From an uncultured Candidatus Saccharibacteria bacterium (lineage in GTDB: Bacteria; Patescibacteriota; Minisyncoccia; Phycocordibacterales; UBA9973): a DNA stretch of 64,000 bases. Below are positions 9,101 through 20,199 of the stretch, piece by piece. The stretch spans positions 2,052 through 66,051 of the forward strand of contig CAZMGK010000001.1 in assembly GCA_964565825.1 (NCBI GenBank), written 5' to 3'. Each line of letters starts with the position of its first letter. The first letter of the stretch is position 1. Under the pieces are notes generated by a model, which worked only from the letters and a program-made list of their open reading frames with translations, did not search any database and was not told the DNA's origin. The translations under genes and the position numbers were made by a program.

Positions 9101-9892
9101 ATGGAAACAGAAAAAAATAATCAAGAAGTTCATCACACAAATGAACACTCACCTATTACAAGTAACGGAGAGAAAAATTCATTATCAGTAGGTTCTGCAA
9201 TTATTATTGGAGCAGTAATCATAGCGCTCGCAGTTGTCGGATCAAAGAAATTTTCTAGCTCAAGCATGCGTGATTCATCTGAATCAGTTCTTTCAACCCT
9301 CGATATTAGTGAGAAAAAATTCAAAGCTTGTTACGAAGCAAAAACACCTGAAGCAAAAATCCGCGCTCATATGGCAAGCGCAGAAAAAGCAACCAAACAT
9401 ATTCCAGAAGATCAAGGACGTGGTACACCATACAGTATTGCAATCAACCAGAAGACTGGTATGAAAATAGAAATTGCTGGAGCGTACCCGACTGAAGCAG
9501 TCACCAGTATCATAGATAGTATGTTTGCGGGTACAGCAAAAAGTCAGACTGAAATTGACATTGATCCAGTTACCGGCGAAGACCACTATTTTGGTTCAAA
9601 AGATGCAGAAATTGTAATCATAGAATACTCTGATTTGGAATGTCCATACTGTTCACGTTTTCACACAACGATGCAAGATGTAGTAGAGTCGTATGGTGGA
9701 AAAGTAGCATGGGTCTACAGACACCTCCCTCTTGAGCAACTTCACCCTAATGCATTTGATAAAGCAATCTCTTCGGAATGTATCTATGACATAGGAGGAG
9801 ATGTAAAATTCTGGGAATACATTGATTTACTCTTTAAAAAAAATGAGCCAAAGAAACCAGTGTTTGACCCGATAACAGGAGAGACGAAATAG
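9101..9892 (+). CDS. Membrane-anchored thioredoxin-fold thiol:disulfide oxidoreductase (DsbA/Thioredoxin_4-like) with a CPYC active site. It appears to lack the usual C-terminal half of DsbA-type proteins.
   Basis: N-terminal TM helix (IIIGAVIIALAVVG). Motif DLECPYCSRFH followed by VAWVYRHLPL...HPNA. The ORF stops at 9892 and a terminator hairpin follows at 9931. Confidence 0.6.
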   Translation: METEKNNQEVHHTNEHSPITSNGEKNSLSVGSAIIIGAVIIALAVVGSKKFSSSSMRDSSESVLSTLDISEKKFKACYEAKTPEAKIRAHMASAEKATKHIPEDQGRGTPYSIAINQKTGMKIEIAGAYPTEAVTSIIDSMFAGTAKSQTEIDIDPVTGEDHYFGSKDAEIVIIEYSDLECPYCSRFHTTMQDVVESYGGKVAWVYRHLPLEQLHPNAFDKAISSECIYDIGGDVKFWEYIDLLFKKNEPKKPVFDPITGETK

Positions 9893-9930
9893 CAGGTTTA
9901 AGGTGAAAGGTTACAGGGAATAGAAAATAC

Positions 9931-9974
9931 AAAAGCGGAGCGCCCGAAGGGCGCTCCGCTTTTGTATTTGTATT
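9931..9974. terminator. Bidirectional rho-independent terminator (GCGGAGCGCCC-gaag-GGCGCTCCGC + TTTTGTATTTGTATT) between the convergent DsbA-like gene and rpoD.
   Basis: 11-bp GC stem, GAAG loop, T-rich tail. The reverse complement also gives a stem plus U-tract. Confidence 0.7.
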
Positions 9975-9995
9975 CTCTATTTACTATTTACTAAC

Positions 9996-11444
9996 TTAAT
10001 CAAAATAATGTTTAAGCCTTGCAATTTTTTCATTTGCACGAAGTTTTTCATGCACCTTTGCCTCAATCTGACGAATACGCTCACGTGTGACATTGAATTC
10101 AACACCAACCTCTTCGAGAGTATGCTGTACACCATCAACGAGTCCGTATCTCATTTCTAAAATCTTTCTTTCTTTTTCTGAGAGCTCTTGTAATGCTTCA
10201 TTGATCTGATCTTTCAACATGCGATGAGAACTTTCTTGATCGGGACGAAGGATTTTGTCATCTGCAATAAATTCTCCACGAGTAGACTTTTCGTCGTCGT
10301 CACCAATTGGCTGTTCAAGAGAGAGTGTATCTTGATTGATATTTTCAATTATATGAATCTTCTCAACCTCAACACCCATTTCTGTTGCAATTTCTTCTGG
10401 TAATGGATCACGTCCCAAATCTTGAGACAGGCGTCTGTACACTTGCTTATATTTTGAAATAGTTTCCACCATGTGTACTGGAATACGAATGGTCCGAGAC
10501 TGGTCAGCAAGAGCGCGAGTTATTGATTGACGAATCCACCATGTAGCGTAGGTACTAAATTTATACCCCTTAGTCCAATCAAATTTCTCAACGGCTTTAA
10601 AGAGTCCGATGTTCCCTTCTTGTATTAAATCAAGAAGTGTCAGATCAGCACTTCGTCCAACATATTTTTTTGCAATAGAAACAACGAGACGGAGGTTCGC
10701 GCGAGCCAAGAGTGTTCGAGCCTCTGTATCTCCAGCCTCGATCCGTTTTGCCAAATCACGTTCTTCGCTTGCATGAATAAGTGCATACTGTCCAATTTCT
10801 TTTAGATACATTTGAATAGAATCATATGACGAGGCGTCTTTACCAAGTTTGAAATCTTTCTTCTTTTCCTCTGGGTCCATATCAAGCAAATTTCCACCTT
10901 CCAAGATATCAATCCCGGCAAGCTGTAATTTACTATATAATTCTTCCAAAAAGACTAGATTATTTTCAATATTTGGAAATGACTTGAGTATCTCATCGTA
11001 GGTAATAAAATGACGTTTCTTACCTTTTTCAACAAGTGCATCCATGATGTCTACTTGGTCTTCTATTTTCTTGCTGTGTTTTGTGTTTAAAACAATTTTT
11101 TTCTCAGGAGCTAGATTTTTCTTGGCTGGTATTTTTTTAGTAGGTTTTTTAGCAACCACAGAACTAGCTTTTTTCGCCACACCTGTAACTCGAGATTTTT
11201 TGACAGGAGTCGGTTTCTTTTTTAGAGGGGTCGTTTTCATAGCTGCTTTTTTTACCACAGCCGAAGCCTTGTTCGAGGTTTTGTATTGAGATTTTTTGAC
11301 AGGAGTCGGTTTCTTTTTTAGAGGGGTCGTTTTCATAACTGCTTTTTTTGCAACAGCGGAAGCGACTCTTTTAATCACAGCCTTTGGTTGGGACTTTTTG
11401 ACAGGAGTCGGTTTCTTTTTTGTTTGTGTAATATTTTTTTTCAT
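9996..11444 (-). CDS. rpoD: RNA polymerase sigma-70 factor RpoD, with a lysine-rich tandemly repeated N-terminal extension.
   Basis: Sigma70 region 2 ([40 protein letters not shown]) and region 4 are present. The N-terminus repeats ...[17 protein letters not shown]...; the DNA shows about 96-bp repeats at roughly 11196/11291/11395. Confidence 0.92.
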   Translation of the reverse strand: MKKNITQTKKKPTPVKKSQPKAVIKRVASAVAKKAVMKTTPLKKKPTPVKKSQYKTSNKASAVVKKAAMKTTPLKKKPTPVKKSRVTGVAKKASSVVAKKPTKKIPAKKNLAPEKKIVLNTKHSKKIEDQVDIMDALVEKGKKRHFITYDEILKSFPNIENNLVFLEELYSKLQLAGIDILEGGNLLDMDPEEKKKDFKLGKDASSYDSIQMYLKEIGQYALIHASEERDLAKRIEAGDTEARTLLARANLRLVVSIAKKYVGRSADLTLLDLIQEGNIGLFKAVEKFDWTKGYKFSTYATWWIRQSITRALADQSRTIRIPVHMVETISKYKQVYRRLSQDLGRDPLPEEIATEMGVEVEKIHIIENINQDTLSLEQPIGDDDEKSTRGEFIADDKILRPDQESSHRMLKDQINEALQELSEKERKILEMRYGLVDGVQHTLEEVGVEFNVTRERIRQIEAKVHEKLRANEKIARLKHYFD

Positions 11445-11455
11445 CGTATTTATTT

Positions 11456-13171
11456 TTACCTACCCTCATTACGAGTTTGGGTAATTTTTCTAGTAATTTC
11501 TGCGACCTCTTCTAATTTGGATGATGAGTCGACACCGAGTAACTCATCTGATTTTAACTCCTCTTTGAGTCTCTCTAATTTCTGTTTATAAAAATCTTTT
11601 TCAAACGCTTCGAGTAAAAATTGACTATCTTTCACCAAGCTCTCATTGTTTGTGTATGTTTTTTCTATGAGAAACATCAGTTCTTCTTTCCTTGTTTCGT
11701 ACATATCCCTGTGCGTATCATACTCGTCTTTCATGATGTCTTTTAGTTTCGTTTCGAATGTACTGGCATGTTGCATATCGCCCTTATGCTCAAAATAGAA
11801 TAATATCCCAAACAGTGTATCAGTGAGCGTTCGTGTTTGTGTTTTTTGTTCTGGAATCATCTGTTTATACTCTGTGTTCTGTGTTTTATATTTTTTAAAG
11901 TCATCGTGAAGAGTTTGTTCTTGGATGTGGATGAGTGTAGCTATTTTTGATAATACATGAGCTTGCTCAATAGAACTTTGAATATATAACACGAGTGGCC
12001 AAATCTTTTCAGAGATACTCTTGTAGAAGATTCTTTCAGATGTATTATTTTTAAGATAACTCACAAAAAAGATGATAGCCTCCTCTTTTGTGTCAATCAG
12101 CGTTTTTATTTTTTCTGGATGTTCACGTGCAATATCTGCCATATCTTTACCATCAGTAATAGAAATACAGAATACGGTAAAACCGGTTTGCAATGCTTCA
12201 AGCGTTGCTTTGTACATTGCCTTAATCCCCGCTTTGTCATTATCAAACGCCAAATAAATACTATCTGTAAAACGTTTGATAATTCCTAAGTGGGAAACAA
12301 AACCCTCTGTGTCGTAGGTGTCTCCGGAAAATGCTGTACCTGAACTTGCAACAACTGCGTGCACTCCAGATTGATGCGTCATGACAACATCCATTTGTCC
12401 TTCGACAACAATCACTCTTTTTTGCTTCCGAATCGCTTCTTTCGCTTGATATAAACCAAAGAGTACTTTACCTTTGTTGAAAAGAACTGTTTCTGGTGAA
12501 TTGATATACTTTGCTTCTTTTGGATCTGTACCGATTGTCCTCCCCGAAAATCCGATAACTCTGCCATTTGTATCCATAAATGGGAACATAATCCTATTCC
12601 TGAAGCGGTCGTACTTTTTATACTCCCCAGCTTTAATCAAACCAGCGTCTTCTATGTCTTTGTCAGAATATCCTTTCTTTTGTAAATGAGAATACAGTGA
12701 GCTCCAGCCATCTTGGGCATATCCAATACGAAATAGTTTCATCGTCTCTGATTGTACACCTCTTTTTTGGAGATAGGTTACTGCGTGAGGCGTATGGTCA
12801 AGGTTCTCCGAAAAAAAGAGTGTTGCGTCTTCTAGGATAGAATAGAGGACTTTTTTAGAATCTAACTGGTGCTCAGTTACCTTGTATTCCGTGAGTGGAA
12901 CATTTGTTTTTTCTGCCAATTGCTTGAGTGTCGTTTTGAAATCCATTCCTTCGTACTCTTGGACGAAGGAAAATATATCGCCTTTTTTACCACACCCAAA
13001 ACAATAGTAGGTATCGCGTTCAGTAGAAATATAGAACGAGGGAGATTTTTCAGAATGAAATGGGCACAGTGCCTTGTAGTTTTTGCCCGCTTTTTCAATT
13101 TTAATGTACCCCTCAATACACTCTACAATAGTGAGCCGAGATTTTATTTCTTCTACGACAGCTCGTTGCAT
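11456..13171 (-). CDS. dnaG: DNA primase DnaG
   Basis: CHC2 zinc finger ([11 protein letters not shown]...CFGCG) and a TOPRIM region ([11 protein letters not shown]). Directly upstream of rpoD, the classic dnaG-rpoD pair. Confidence 0.9.
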   Translation of the reverse strand: MQRAVVEEIKSRLTIVECIEGYIKIEKAGKNYKALCPFHSEKSPSFYISTERDTYYCFGCGKKGDIFSFVQEYEGMDFKTTLKQLAEKTNVPLTEYKVTEHQLDSKKVLYSILEDATLFFSENLDHTPHAVTYLQKRGVQSETMKLFRIGYAQDGWSSLYSHLQKKGYSDKDIEDAGLIKAGEYKKYDRFRNRIMFPFMDTNGRVIGFSGRTIGTDPKEAKYINSPETVLFNKGKVLFGLYQAKEAIRKQKRVIVVEGQMDVVMTHQSGVHAVVASSGTAFSGDTYDTEGFVSHLGIIKRFTDSIYLAFDNDKAGIKAMYKATLEALQTGFTVFCISITDGKDMADIAREHPEKIKTLIDTKEEAIIFFVSYLKNNTSERIFYKSISEKIWPLVLYIQSSIEQAHVLSKIATLIHIQEQTLHDDFKKYKTQNTEYKQMIPEQKTQTRTLTDTLFGILFYFEHKGDMQHASTFETKLKDIMKDEYDTHRDMYETRKEELMFLIEKTYTNNESLVKDSQFLLEAFEKDFYKQKLERLKEELKSDELLGVDSSSKLEEVAEITRKITQTRNEGR

Positions 13172-13179
13172 ATAGCGTA

Positions 13180-16100
13180 TTACTCTGTACGTGCATCTAC
13201 ACGCTTTTTGAATCCAGTACCGGCAGGAATAAGTCCTCCGATAATGACATTTTCTTTAAGACCTCGAAGGCGGTCAACACCGCCACGAACAGCATTGTTG
13301 ATAAGAACACGGTTTGTGTTTTGGAAAGAAGCAGCTGAAAGCCAACTTGTAGTCGTCAGTGACACATCAGTAATACCCAAGACCATGGTGTCGCCAATTG
13401 CTTTGATACCACCGTCGTCTTCGATACGTGTATTTTCTTCAATCATTTCAATGAGTTCTACGATTTCCCCACCTGAGAAATGAGAATCACCAGAAGATTT
13501 TATCTTAATACGTGAGAACATTTGCTTGATGATAATTTCAATATGTTTTCGTGAAATAGACGCACCTTGAAGTTCGTACACTTTGTTAATTTCATCAATG
13601 ATGTAGTCTTCAGTAATTTTCTTACCACCGAATTTAAACACTTGTGTAATATCAGCAGATCCATCAGTAAGGCGTTGGCCTGCGACAACAATGTCTCCTG
13701 CTTTGACGAGCGGATTACGCTTGAATGGAACTTTGTATTCTGTAGAGTTACCAGTCTTGCCGTCTATTTTATCTTCAAGAACAACAATTGTTTTTTCATT
13801 ATCTTCTTTTCGGATCTCAAGAATCACACCACTAAACTGACAGATAACAGATGGATTTTTTGGTAGACGTCGTTCAAAGATTTCTTCAACACGAGGAAGA
13901 CCTGCAGTAATATCAACATTCGCAACTCCACCAGAGTGGAATGTTCGAAGTGTGAGCTGTGTTCCTGGTTCTCCGATCGCTTGTGCAGCGACGATACCAA
14001 CAGCTTCACCAACATCAACGAGTTTGTTGCGTCCAAGGTCGAGACCGTAACACATTTGGCAAACACCATGAGTTGTTTTACATGCGAGTGGTGTTCGAAC
14101 AAGAGCACTTTCAATACCGATTTTTTCAATAGTAAGAGCATCTTCTCGAGAGATGAGCGCATTTTTCTTGTAGATAACTTTACCGTCTTTATCCTTAATA
14201 TCTTCAAGGAGGATTCGTCCACGAATATTTTTTGAAAGTGGAATTTCAACTCCCATAACGTTGTCTTTCTTTGCAATACGTCCTTCTTTTGTTTTACAAT
14301 CGGTCTCAGTAATTACCACATCTTGCGCAACGTCAACGAGACGACGTGTAAGGTATCCCGCTTTCGCTGTTGAGAGCGCTGTATCGGCAAGACCCTTACG
14401 AGAACCGTGAGTAATAATAAAGTATTCAATAGGAGAAAGTCCTTCTTTGTAAGACGGAATAACAGGGAAATCAATCGTACGTCCTTGTGTGTTGACGATC
14501 AATCCTTTCATACCAGCCATCTGTGAGATTTGTCCGACAGATCCGCGAGCTCCGGAAACGACCATGTCGTACACAGAACCAGCACTGTTGAGTGTTTCTG
14601 GAATAAGTTTTTCAATTTCTTTTTTCGCTCGTTCCCAGATTTCAATGACTTTGTGATATTTTTCATCTTTTGATAAAAGTCCATCGTTGTACTGTTCAAT
14701 AACCACTGTTTCTTCAAGACGTGAAGCAGCTACAATTGGTTTCTTTCCTGCTGGAATCTTCACGTTGTCGAATCCAAATGTTGTTCCTGAAATAGTAGAG
14801 TATTTGAAGCCGAAATCTTTTATCTTGTCGAGAATTGGTGGAGTCGCGTCGATACCAACTTGAGTGATCACTTCATCCACAAGACTCGACATTACTTTCT
14901 TGGTAATTTCTTTGTGTATGTACGGGAAATCATTCGGCAAAATACTATTGAAGAGAAGTTTTCCGACAGTAGTGTCGAAGAGTCCACCTTGAAATGCATT
15001 ATAGCGAGGTGATTCGTTTGCAAGGACTTTAATTTTTGCACGAAAACCAAGAATACCGTGTTCGTAGGCAGCAATTGCTTCGTTTGGACTTGAGTAGATT
15101 CCTCCTTCACCTTTTTCACCAGGAACGTCTTTGGTCATCCAGTAGCATCCAAGAATAATGTCGTTTGATGGGTTAACGATTGGTTCTCCTGATTGAGGTT
15201 TCAAAAGATTTTTGTTTGACGCCATGAGCTCGCGAGCTTCGGTCTGTGCTTCAACTGAGAGCGGAACATACACAGCCATTTGGTCTCCATCGAAGTCAGC
15301 GTTGAAAGCCGCACACACAAGTGGGTGAAGCTGGATAGCATTTCCTTCAATCAAAATAGGTTGAAAAGCCTGAATACCAAGACGGTGAAGCGTCGGTGCG
15401 CGGTTCAAGAGAACATGTTTTCCTTGAATTACTTCTTCGAGGATTGCCCAAACTTCTGGAATTTCTTCTTCGATGAGTTTATTTGCACCACGAATATTGT
15501 AGGTAAATTCACGGGAGATAAGTTTTGAGACCACAAAAGGTTTGAACAGTTCAAGTGCCATATGTTTTGGAAGTCCACATTGACTGAGGCGGAGTGTCGG
15601 ACCAATAACAATAACAGAACGACCAGAATAGTCTACACGCTTTCCTAAAAGATTTTGTCGGAACAATCCTTGTTTTGATTTCAAGTTATCAGCCAAAGAT
15701 TTGAGTGCTCGTTTTTGTGACTGACTCATTGCTTGAGTGTCATTTTGACTTGCAATTGAGTTGTCCAAAAGTGCATCTACTGCTTCTTGGAGAATACGTT
15801 TTTCATTACGCAAAATGACATCCGGTGCGCCGATTTCTTTCAATTTTTTCAAACGGTTGTTTCTGTTTATCACACGTCGGTACAAGTCGTTCACGTCGGA
15901 AGTCGCATGACGACCACCATCGAGCGCGACCATAGGACGAAGTGCTGGTGGAATAACAGGAAGCACAGTCAAGAACATCCACTCTGGACGCATGTCAGCA
16001 TGAATCATTGAACGAATAAGTGCGAGTCTCTTTTCTAGTTTTTCTTTTTCGGTTGCACTTGCTTTTGCGACAAGAGCTTCGGTGATATCATGCAATTTTT

Positions 16101-16797
16101 GTAAATCGATATTTTTGAAGATTGTGTAGATTGCTTCTGCACCAATAGATGCATCGAAACAAGTACTGTATTTGAGACTATAGTGATGAAATTGTATTTC
16201 ATTGAGGACTTTTCCTTCGTAGATTTCAGCGATTTCTTTCTTTGCTGTAGCAAAAAGACCTTTCAGTTTTTCTTTATCTTCTTCACCTTGGATGCTTTTA
16301 GCTTTCAATTTAAATTCGGAATCAAGGTCACTTAAGAGCTGTTCTTTTTCTTTTGCATGTACTTTCACAATGATATATCCTGCAAAATAGATAACTTTTT
16401 CCAAATCAGTTACAGGGATATTCAAAAGAATTGACATACGTGATGGAATACCACGAAGAAACCAAATATGAGCAACAGGTGAGGCCAATTCGATGTGCCC
16501 CATACGTTCACGTCGTACGACACTTCTCGTTACTTCGACTCCACATTTTTCACAGACAATATCCTTGTATCTAATACGTCGATATTTTCCACAGTAACAT
16601 TCAAAGTCTTTTTCGGGACCAAACACGCGTTCGTCAAAAAGACCACCACGTTCACTACGTCCAGTTCGATAGTTGATCGTTTCTGGTTTGGTTACTTCTC
16701 CGTATGACCAGTCTTTGATTCTCTCAGGAGATGCAAGGTTGATACTAATAGCATCAAACTTTTTTGTATTAATATTTTTATCAGTATTTGTTTGCAT
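13180..16797 (-). CDS. rpoC: DNA-directed RNA polymerase beta' subunit RpoC
   Basis: 1205 aa; NADFDGDQMAV catalytic motif and conserved beta' blocks. Confidence 0.95.
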   Translation of the reverse strand: MQTNTDKNINTKKFDAISINLASPERIKDWSYGEVTKPETINYRTGRSERGGLFDERVFGPEKDFECYCGKYRRIRYKDIVCEKCGVEVTRSVVRRERMGHIELASPVAHIWFLRGIPSRMSILLNIPVTDLEKVIYFAGYIIVKVHAKEKEQLLSDLDSEFKLKAKSIQGEEDKEKLKGLFATAKKEIAEIYEGKVLNEIQFHHYSLKYSTCFDASIGAEAIYTIFKNIDLQKLHDITEALVAKASATEKEKLEKRLALIRSMIHADMRPEWMFLTVLPVIPPALRPMVALDGGRHATSDVNDLYRRVINRNNRLKKLKEIGAPDVILRNEKRILQEAVDALLDNSIASQNDTQAMSQSQKRALKSLADNLKSKQGLFRQNLLGKRVDYSGRSVIVIGPTLRLSQCGLPKHMALELFKPFVVSKLISREFTYNIRGANKLIEEEIPEVWAILEEVIQGKHVLLNRAPTLHRLGIQAFQPILIEGNAIQLHPLVCAAFNADFDGDQMAVYVPLSVEAQTEARELMASNKNLLKPQSGEPIVNPSNDIILGCYWMTKDVPGEKGEGGIYSSPNEAIAAYEHGILGFRAKIKVLANESPRYNAFQGGLFDTTVGKLLFNSILPNDFPYIHKEITKKVMSSLVDEVITQVGIDATPPILDKIKDFGFKYSTISGTTFGFDNVKIPAGKKPIVAASRLEETVVIEQYNDGLLSKDEKYHKVIEIWERAKKEIEKLIPETLNSAGSVYDMVVSGARGSVGQISQMAGMKGLIVNTQGRTIDFPVIPSYKEGLSPIEYFIITHGSRKGLADTALSTAKAGYLTRRLVDVAQDVVITETDCKTKEGRIAKKDNVMGVEIPLSKNIRGRILLEDIKDKDGKVIYKKNALISREDALTIEKIGIESALVRTPLACKTTHGVCQMCYGLDLGRNKLVDVGEAVGIVAAQAIGEPGTQLTLRTFHSGGVANVDITAGLPRVEEIFERRLPKNPSVICQFSGVILEIRKEDNEKTIVVLEDKIDGKTGNSTEYKVPFKRNPLVKAGDIVVAGQRLTDGSADITQVFKFGGKKITEDYIIDEINKVYELQGASISRKHIEIIIKQMFSRIKIKSSGDSHFSGGEIVELIEMIEENTRIEDDGGIKAIGDTMVLGITDVSLTTTSWLSAASFQNTNRVLINNAVRGGVDRLRGLKENVIIGGLIPAGTGFKKRVDARTE

Positions 16798-16801
16798 ACT
16801 A

Positions 16802-19800
16802 TTATTCGTTATTTGCTACAGGAGCCTCATCAAAATCGACTTCATTTTGATTAATAAGATTTATATCAAGAGCTAGACCACGAAGGTAATTGAGCATAAC
16901 AGAAAATGACGCTGGAGTATTTGGTGCTCGTAATTCTTCTCCTTTGATAATAGAATCGAAGGCAGCAGTACGTCCCATAATATCATCTGACTTGATGGTG
17001 AGCATTTCTCGAAGTATGTGCGCTGCACCGTATCCTTCAAGAGCCCACACTTCCATTTCTCCGAAACGCTGTCCTCCGCCTTGAGCTTTACCTCCGAGTG
17101 GTTGTTGGGTAATAAGAGAGTACGGACCGATACTACGCATGTGAATCTTGTCTTGTACCATGTGGTGAAGTTTCAACACGTGCATAATACCAACTGCGAT
17201 ATCTTGGTCAAATTTGTCTCCGGTTCGTCCGTCGTACAGTGCGATACGTCCATTTTCAGGAATACCTGCTTTTTTTAATTCTTCACGAATTTCGTCTTCA
17301 CCTGCTCCGCAAAATGCTGGAACGATGGCTTGATATCCAAGCGTATGAGCAGCGAGACCCAAGTGCATTTCAAGAATCTGCCCCAAGTTCATACGTGATG
17401 GCACACCGAGTGGTGTCAAAATAATATCAACTGGTTTTCCATCTACGGTATATGGCATATCTTCTTCTGGGAGAATCGTTGAGATGACACCTTTGTTTCC
17501 GTGACGTCCAGCAAGTTTATCTCCCACTGAAATGTTTCGAAGCTGTGCAACTTCAATAACGATTTTTTTGATAATTCCACTTTCAAGAGAATGACCTTGT
17601 TCACGTGAAAAAACTTTGACATTAATAACGCGTCCTTTCTTTCCGTGTTCAACACGAAGTGACGTGTCTTTTACATCACGTGCTTTTTCAGCAAAAATAG
17701 AGCGAAGGAGCTTTTCTTCTGGAGTGAGTTCTGTTTCTCCTTTTGGTGTAATTTTTCCAACCAAGATATCGTTCTCTCGAACTTCAGCACCAACGCGGAT
17801 GATACCGTCTTCATCGAGATCCTTGAGTTTTCCTTCTCCGATGTTTGGAATATCACGAGTTGTTAATTCGGGACCGAGTTTTGTATCACGAACGAGACAA
17901 ATAAACTCTTCGATATACATTGATGAGAACTTACTATTTTTTACAAGGCGTTCAGATAAAATAATCGCATCTTCAAAGTTTGCACCATTCCATGGCATAA
18001 ATGCAACGAGAACGTTTTGTCCAAGCGCGATTTGTCCTTCTTGAGAAGAAGAGGTGTCTCCGATTACTTGTCCTTTGGTTACTTTTTCACCGACAGAAAC
18101 CATTGGTCGTTGGTGAAAAGAAGTGAAGTTGTTTGTTCTTTCAAAGTTAACCAGTGTTTGTGTGTATTTTTTACCTTTTTCATCTTCGACAGTAATATGT
18201 TTTGAATCTACTTCAGTCACCGTACCATTTACAGGAGAAAGAGGAAGGCGTCCAGAATCTTTTGCTGCCATCGCTTCCATACCAGTTGCCACAAGAGGAA
18301 CGTCTGGAATAATACAAGGTGTTGCTTGTTTTTGCATGTTTGATCCCATGAGTGCACGGTTTGCATCATCATGTTCCAAAAATGGAATCATCGAAGTCGC
18401 AATAGAAAATGCTTGGTTTGGAGCAACGTCAATAAAATCTACTTTATCTCTTCCGATCAAACCTGGTTCAGTGAAAATACGTGCTTCGACTTGTTCTACG
18501 AGAATATTTCCTTTACTGTCGTACGGCGTCAATGCGTGTGCAATACTGTATTGCTCTTCCTCGAGTGCGTTAAGATAGACAATCTCTCCAGTCACGCGAC
18601 CTTTTACTACTTTTGAATAGGGTGTTTCAATGATTCCGTATTCATTCACTTTTGCATAAGAAGACATGTGCAAGATAAGACCGATGTTTGGTCCTTCTGG
18701 TGTATGGATAGGACACACACGTCCATAGTGAGATGTGTGCACGTCACGAACTTCAAGTCCTGCGCGCTCACGTGTAAGTCCACCGGGACCAAGCGCTGAA
18801 AGCGTACGGAGGTTTTCAATTTCTGCCAAGATATTTTCTTGGTTCATAAATTGAGAGAGTTGGTTTGTGGTGAAAAATTCTTTCACACGAGCCTGGAGAG
18901 GACGCTGGTTAATCACGTTTATTGGCATTGTTGTCATGGTATCCATTGTAGACATACGGTCTTGCACATTTCGTTTGATCTGTGTCATACCAACACGCAT
19001 TTTTTGCTGAAGGAGTTCTCCGACAAAACGCACACGTCGTTGCCCGAGGTGGTCGATATCATCTGCTTTCATATCTGGGTGAGTATTTAAATCGTAGATA
19101 TGATTTATCACGGTTACAATATCTTCGATAGAGAGCGTACGTCGGTCAAGATCTTTTTTATCAAGTGATTGAGCAAAACGCTGATTGAAACGGAAACGAC
19201 CAATAGGTGAAAGATCGTATCGTTCAGTCGATAAAATTGCAGTAATAAAATCACGAGCATTGGCAGCGGTAGCAAGATCGCCATCTCTTAATCTTTTGTA
19301 AATCTCAATAGCGCTTTCATTGACGTCTTTTGCTGTTTCTTTTTCAATTGCGGTTTTTATCTGAGGCAAGTAAGGACTGTTTTTAAATGCTTTTTCAATA
19401 GCTTCATTGGTTGCAAGACCCATTACTCGAAGGAGCGCAATTATAGAAAATTTTCTTTTTTTATCAATACGTACATAGACGATATTATCTGCATCTGTTT
19501 CAAGTTCTATCCAGACACCACGTGCTGGGATAATTTTTGCACCAAAATATTTTTTACCTTTTATGTCTTCTTCAGTAAAGAAGATACCAAAACTACGCGC
19601 GAGCTGTGGCACCATGACACGCTCGACACCATTGATAATAAATGTTCCGTGCGCAGTCATCAATGGCAAGTCAACAAGAAAAATTTCTTGTTCTTTGGTT
19701 TCATTGATTATTTTATTTACTAATTTGATACGTGCTTTTAATTGACCATCGTATGTTAATTTATTTGCTTTCGCAAATCGTTCATCATGCTTTGGTTCAC

Positions 19801-20029
19801 CAAGCACAAAAGAGCTAAATGATAGCTCAAATTTTTTGCCAGAATAATCATTGATTGGTGAAAATTCTTTAAATACTTCTTTTAACCCTTCGCGAACGAA
19901 CCAATCGAAACTCTCGAGTTGGTTCTCGAGCAAGTTAGGAAGTGGTGCGAGCGGCGTATTGTATTTTGAAAAATACTTTTTTTCTCTTTGCGTGTGCATA
20001 TTTCTCTCTATGAAATTACCTATACCCAA
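16802..20029 (-). CDS. rpoB: DNA-directed RNA polymerase beta subunit RpoB. The ORF call uses a TTG at 20029; the likely true start is the ATG near 19999 (MHTQREKKYFSKY...).
   Basis: 1075 aa with conserved beta-subunit blocks. The N-terminus ...PNLLENQLESF matches the canonical RpoB N-terminus when started at MHTQ. Confidence 0.95.
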   Translation of the reverse strand: MGIGNFIERNMHTQREKKYFSKYNTPLAPLPNLLENQLESFDWFVREGLKEVFKEFSPINDYSGKKFELSFSSFVLGEPKHDERFAKANKLTYDGQLKARIKLVNKIINETKEQEIFLVDLPLMTAHGTFIINGVERVMVPQLARSFGIFFTEEDIKGKKYFGAKIIPARGVWIELETDADNIVYVRIDKKRKFSIIALLRVMGLATNEAIEKAFKNSPYLPQIKTAIEKETAKDVNESAIEIYKRLRDGDLATAANARDFITAILSTERYDLSPIGRFRFNQRFAQSLDKKDLDRRTLSIEDIVTVINHIYDLNTHPDMKADDIDHLGQRRVRFVGELLQQKMRVGMTQIKRNVQDRMSTMDTMTTMPINVINQRPLQARVKEFFTTNQLSQFMNQENILAEIENLRTLSALGPGGLTRERAGLEVRDVHTSHYGRVCPIHTPEGPNIGLILHMSSYAKVNEYGIIETPYSKVVKGRVTGEIVYLNALEEEQYSIAHALTPYDSKGNILVEQVEARIFTEPGLIGRDKVDFIDVAPNQAFSIATSMIPFLEHDDANRALMGSNMQKQATPCIIPDVPLVATGMEAMAAKDSGRLPLSPVNGTVTEVDSKHITVEDEKGKKYTQTLVNFERTNNFTSFHQRPMVSVGEKVTKGQVIGDTSSSQEGQIALGQNVLVAFMPWNGANFEDAIILSERLVKNSKFSSMYIEEFICLVRDTKLGPELTTRDIPNIGEGKLKDLDEDGIIRVGAEVRENDILVGKITPKGETELTPEEKLLRSIFAEKARDVKDTSLRVEHGKKGRVINVKVFSREQGHSLESGIIKKIVIEVAQLRNISVGDKLAGRHGNKGVISTILPEEDMPYTVDGKPVDIILTPLGVPSRMNLGQILEMHLGLAAHTLGYQAIVPAFCGAGEDEIREELKKAGIPENGRIALYDGRTGDKFDQDIAVGIMHVLKLHHMVQDKIHMRSIGPYSLITQQPLGGKAQGGGQRFGEMEVWALEGYGAAHILREMLTIKSDDIMGRTAAFDSIIKGEELRAPNTPASFSVMLNYLRGLALDINLINQNEVDFDEAPVANNE

Positions 20030-20199
20030 ACATAAAAAACCAAGACGTACATCTTAGTTAGTATATAAATACTTAGTTATTTTTGTTTGAGTATATCAAT
20101 ATAAAATATTGGGGGCTTATAAAACCAAAGCAAATTCCATAACTCAATCAAGGCTCTAGTACAATAAACATACAGTATTTGAGGAAAAAAGTCAACATA

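Noticed and set aside
10000-20000. Numerous 60-150-aa ORFs antisense to rpoB, rpoC, dnaG and rpoD.
   Set aside because: They sit inside well-conserved genes on the opposite strand and are typical AT-rich antisense artefacts.
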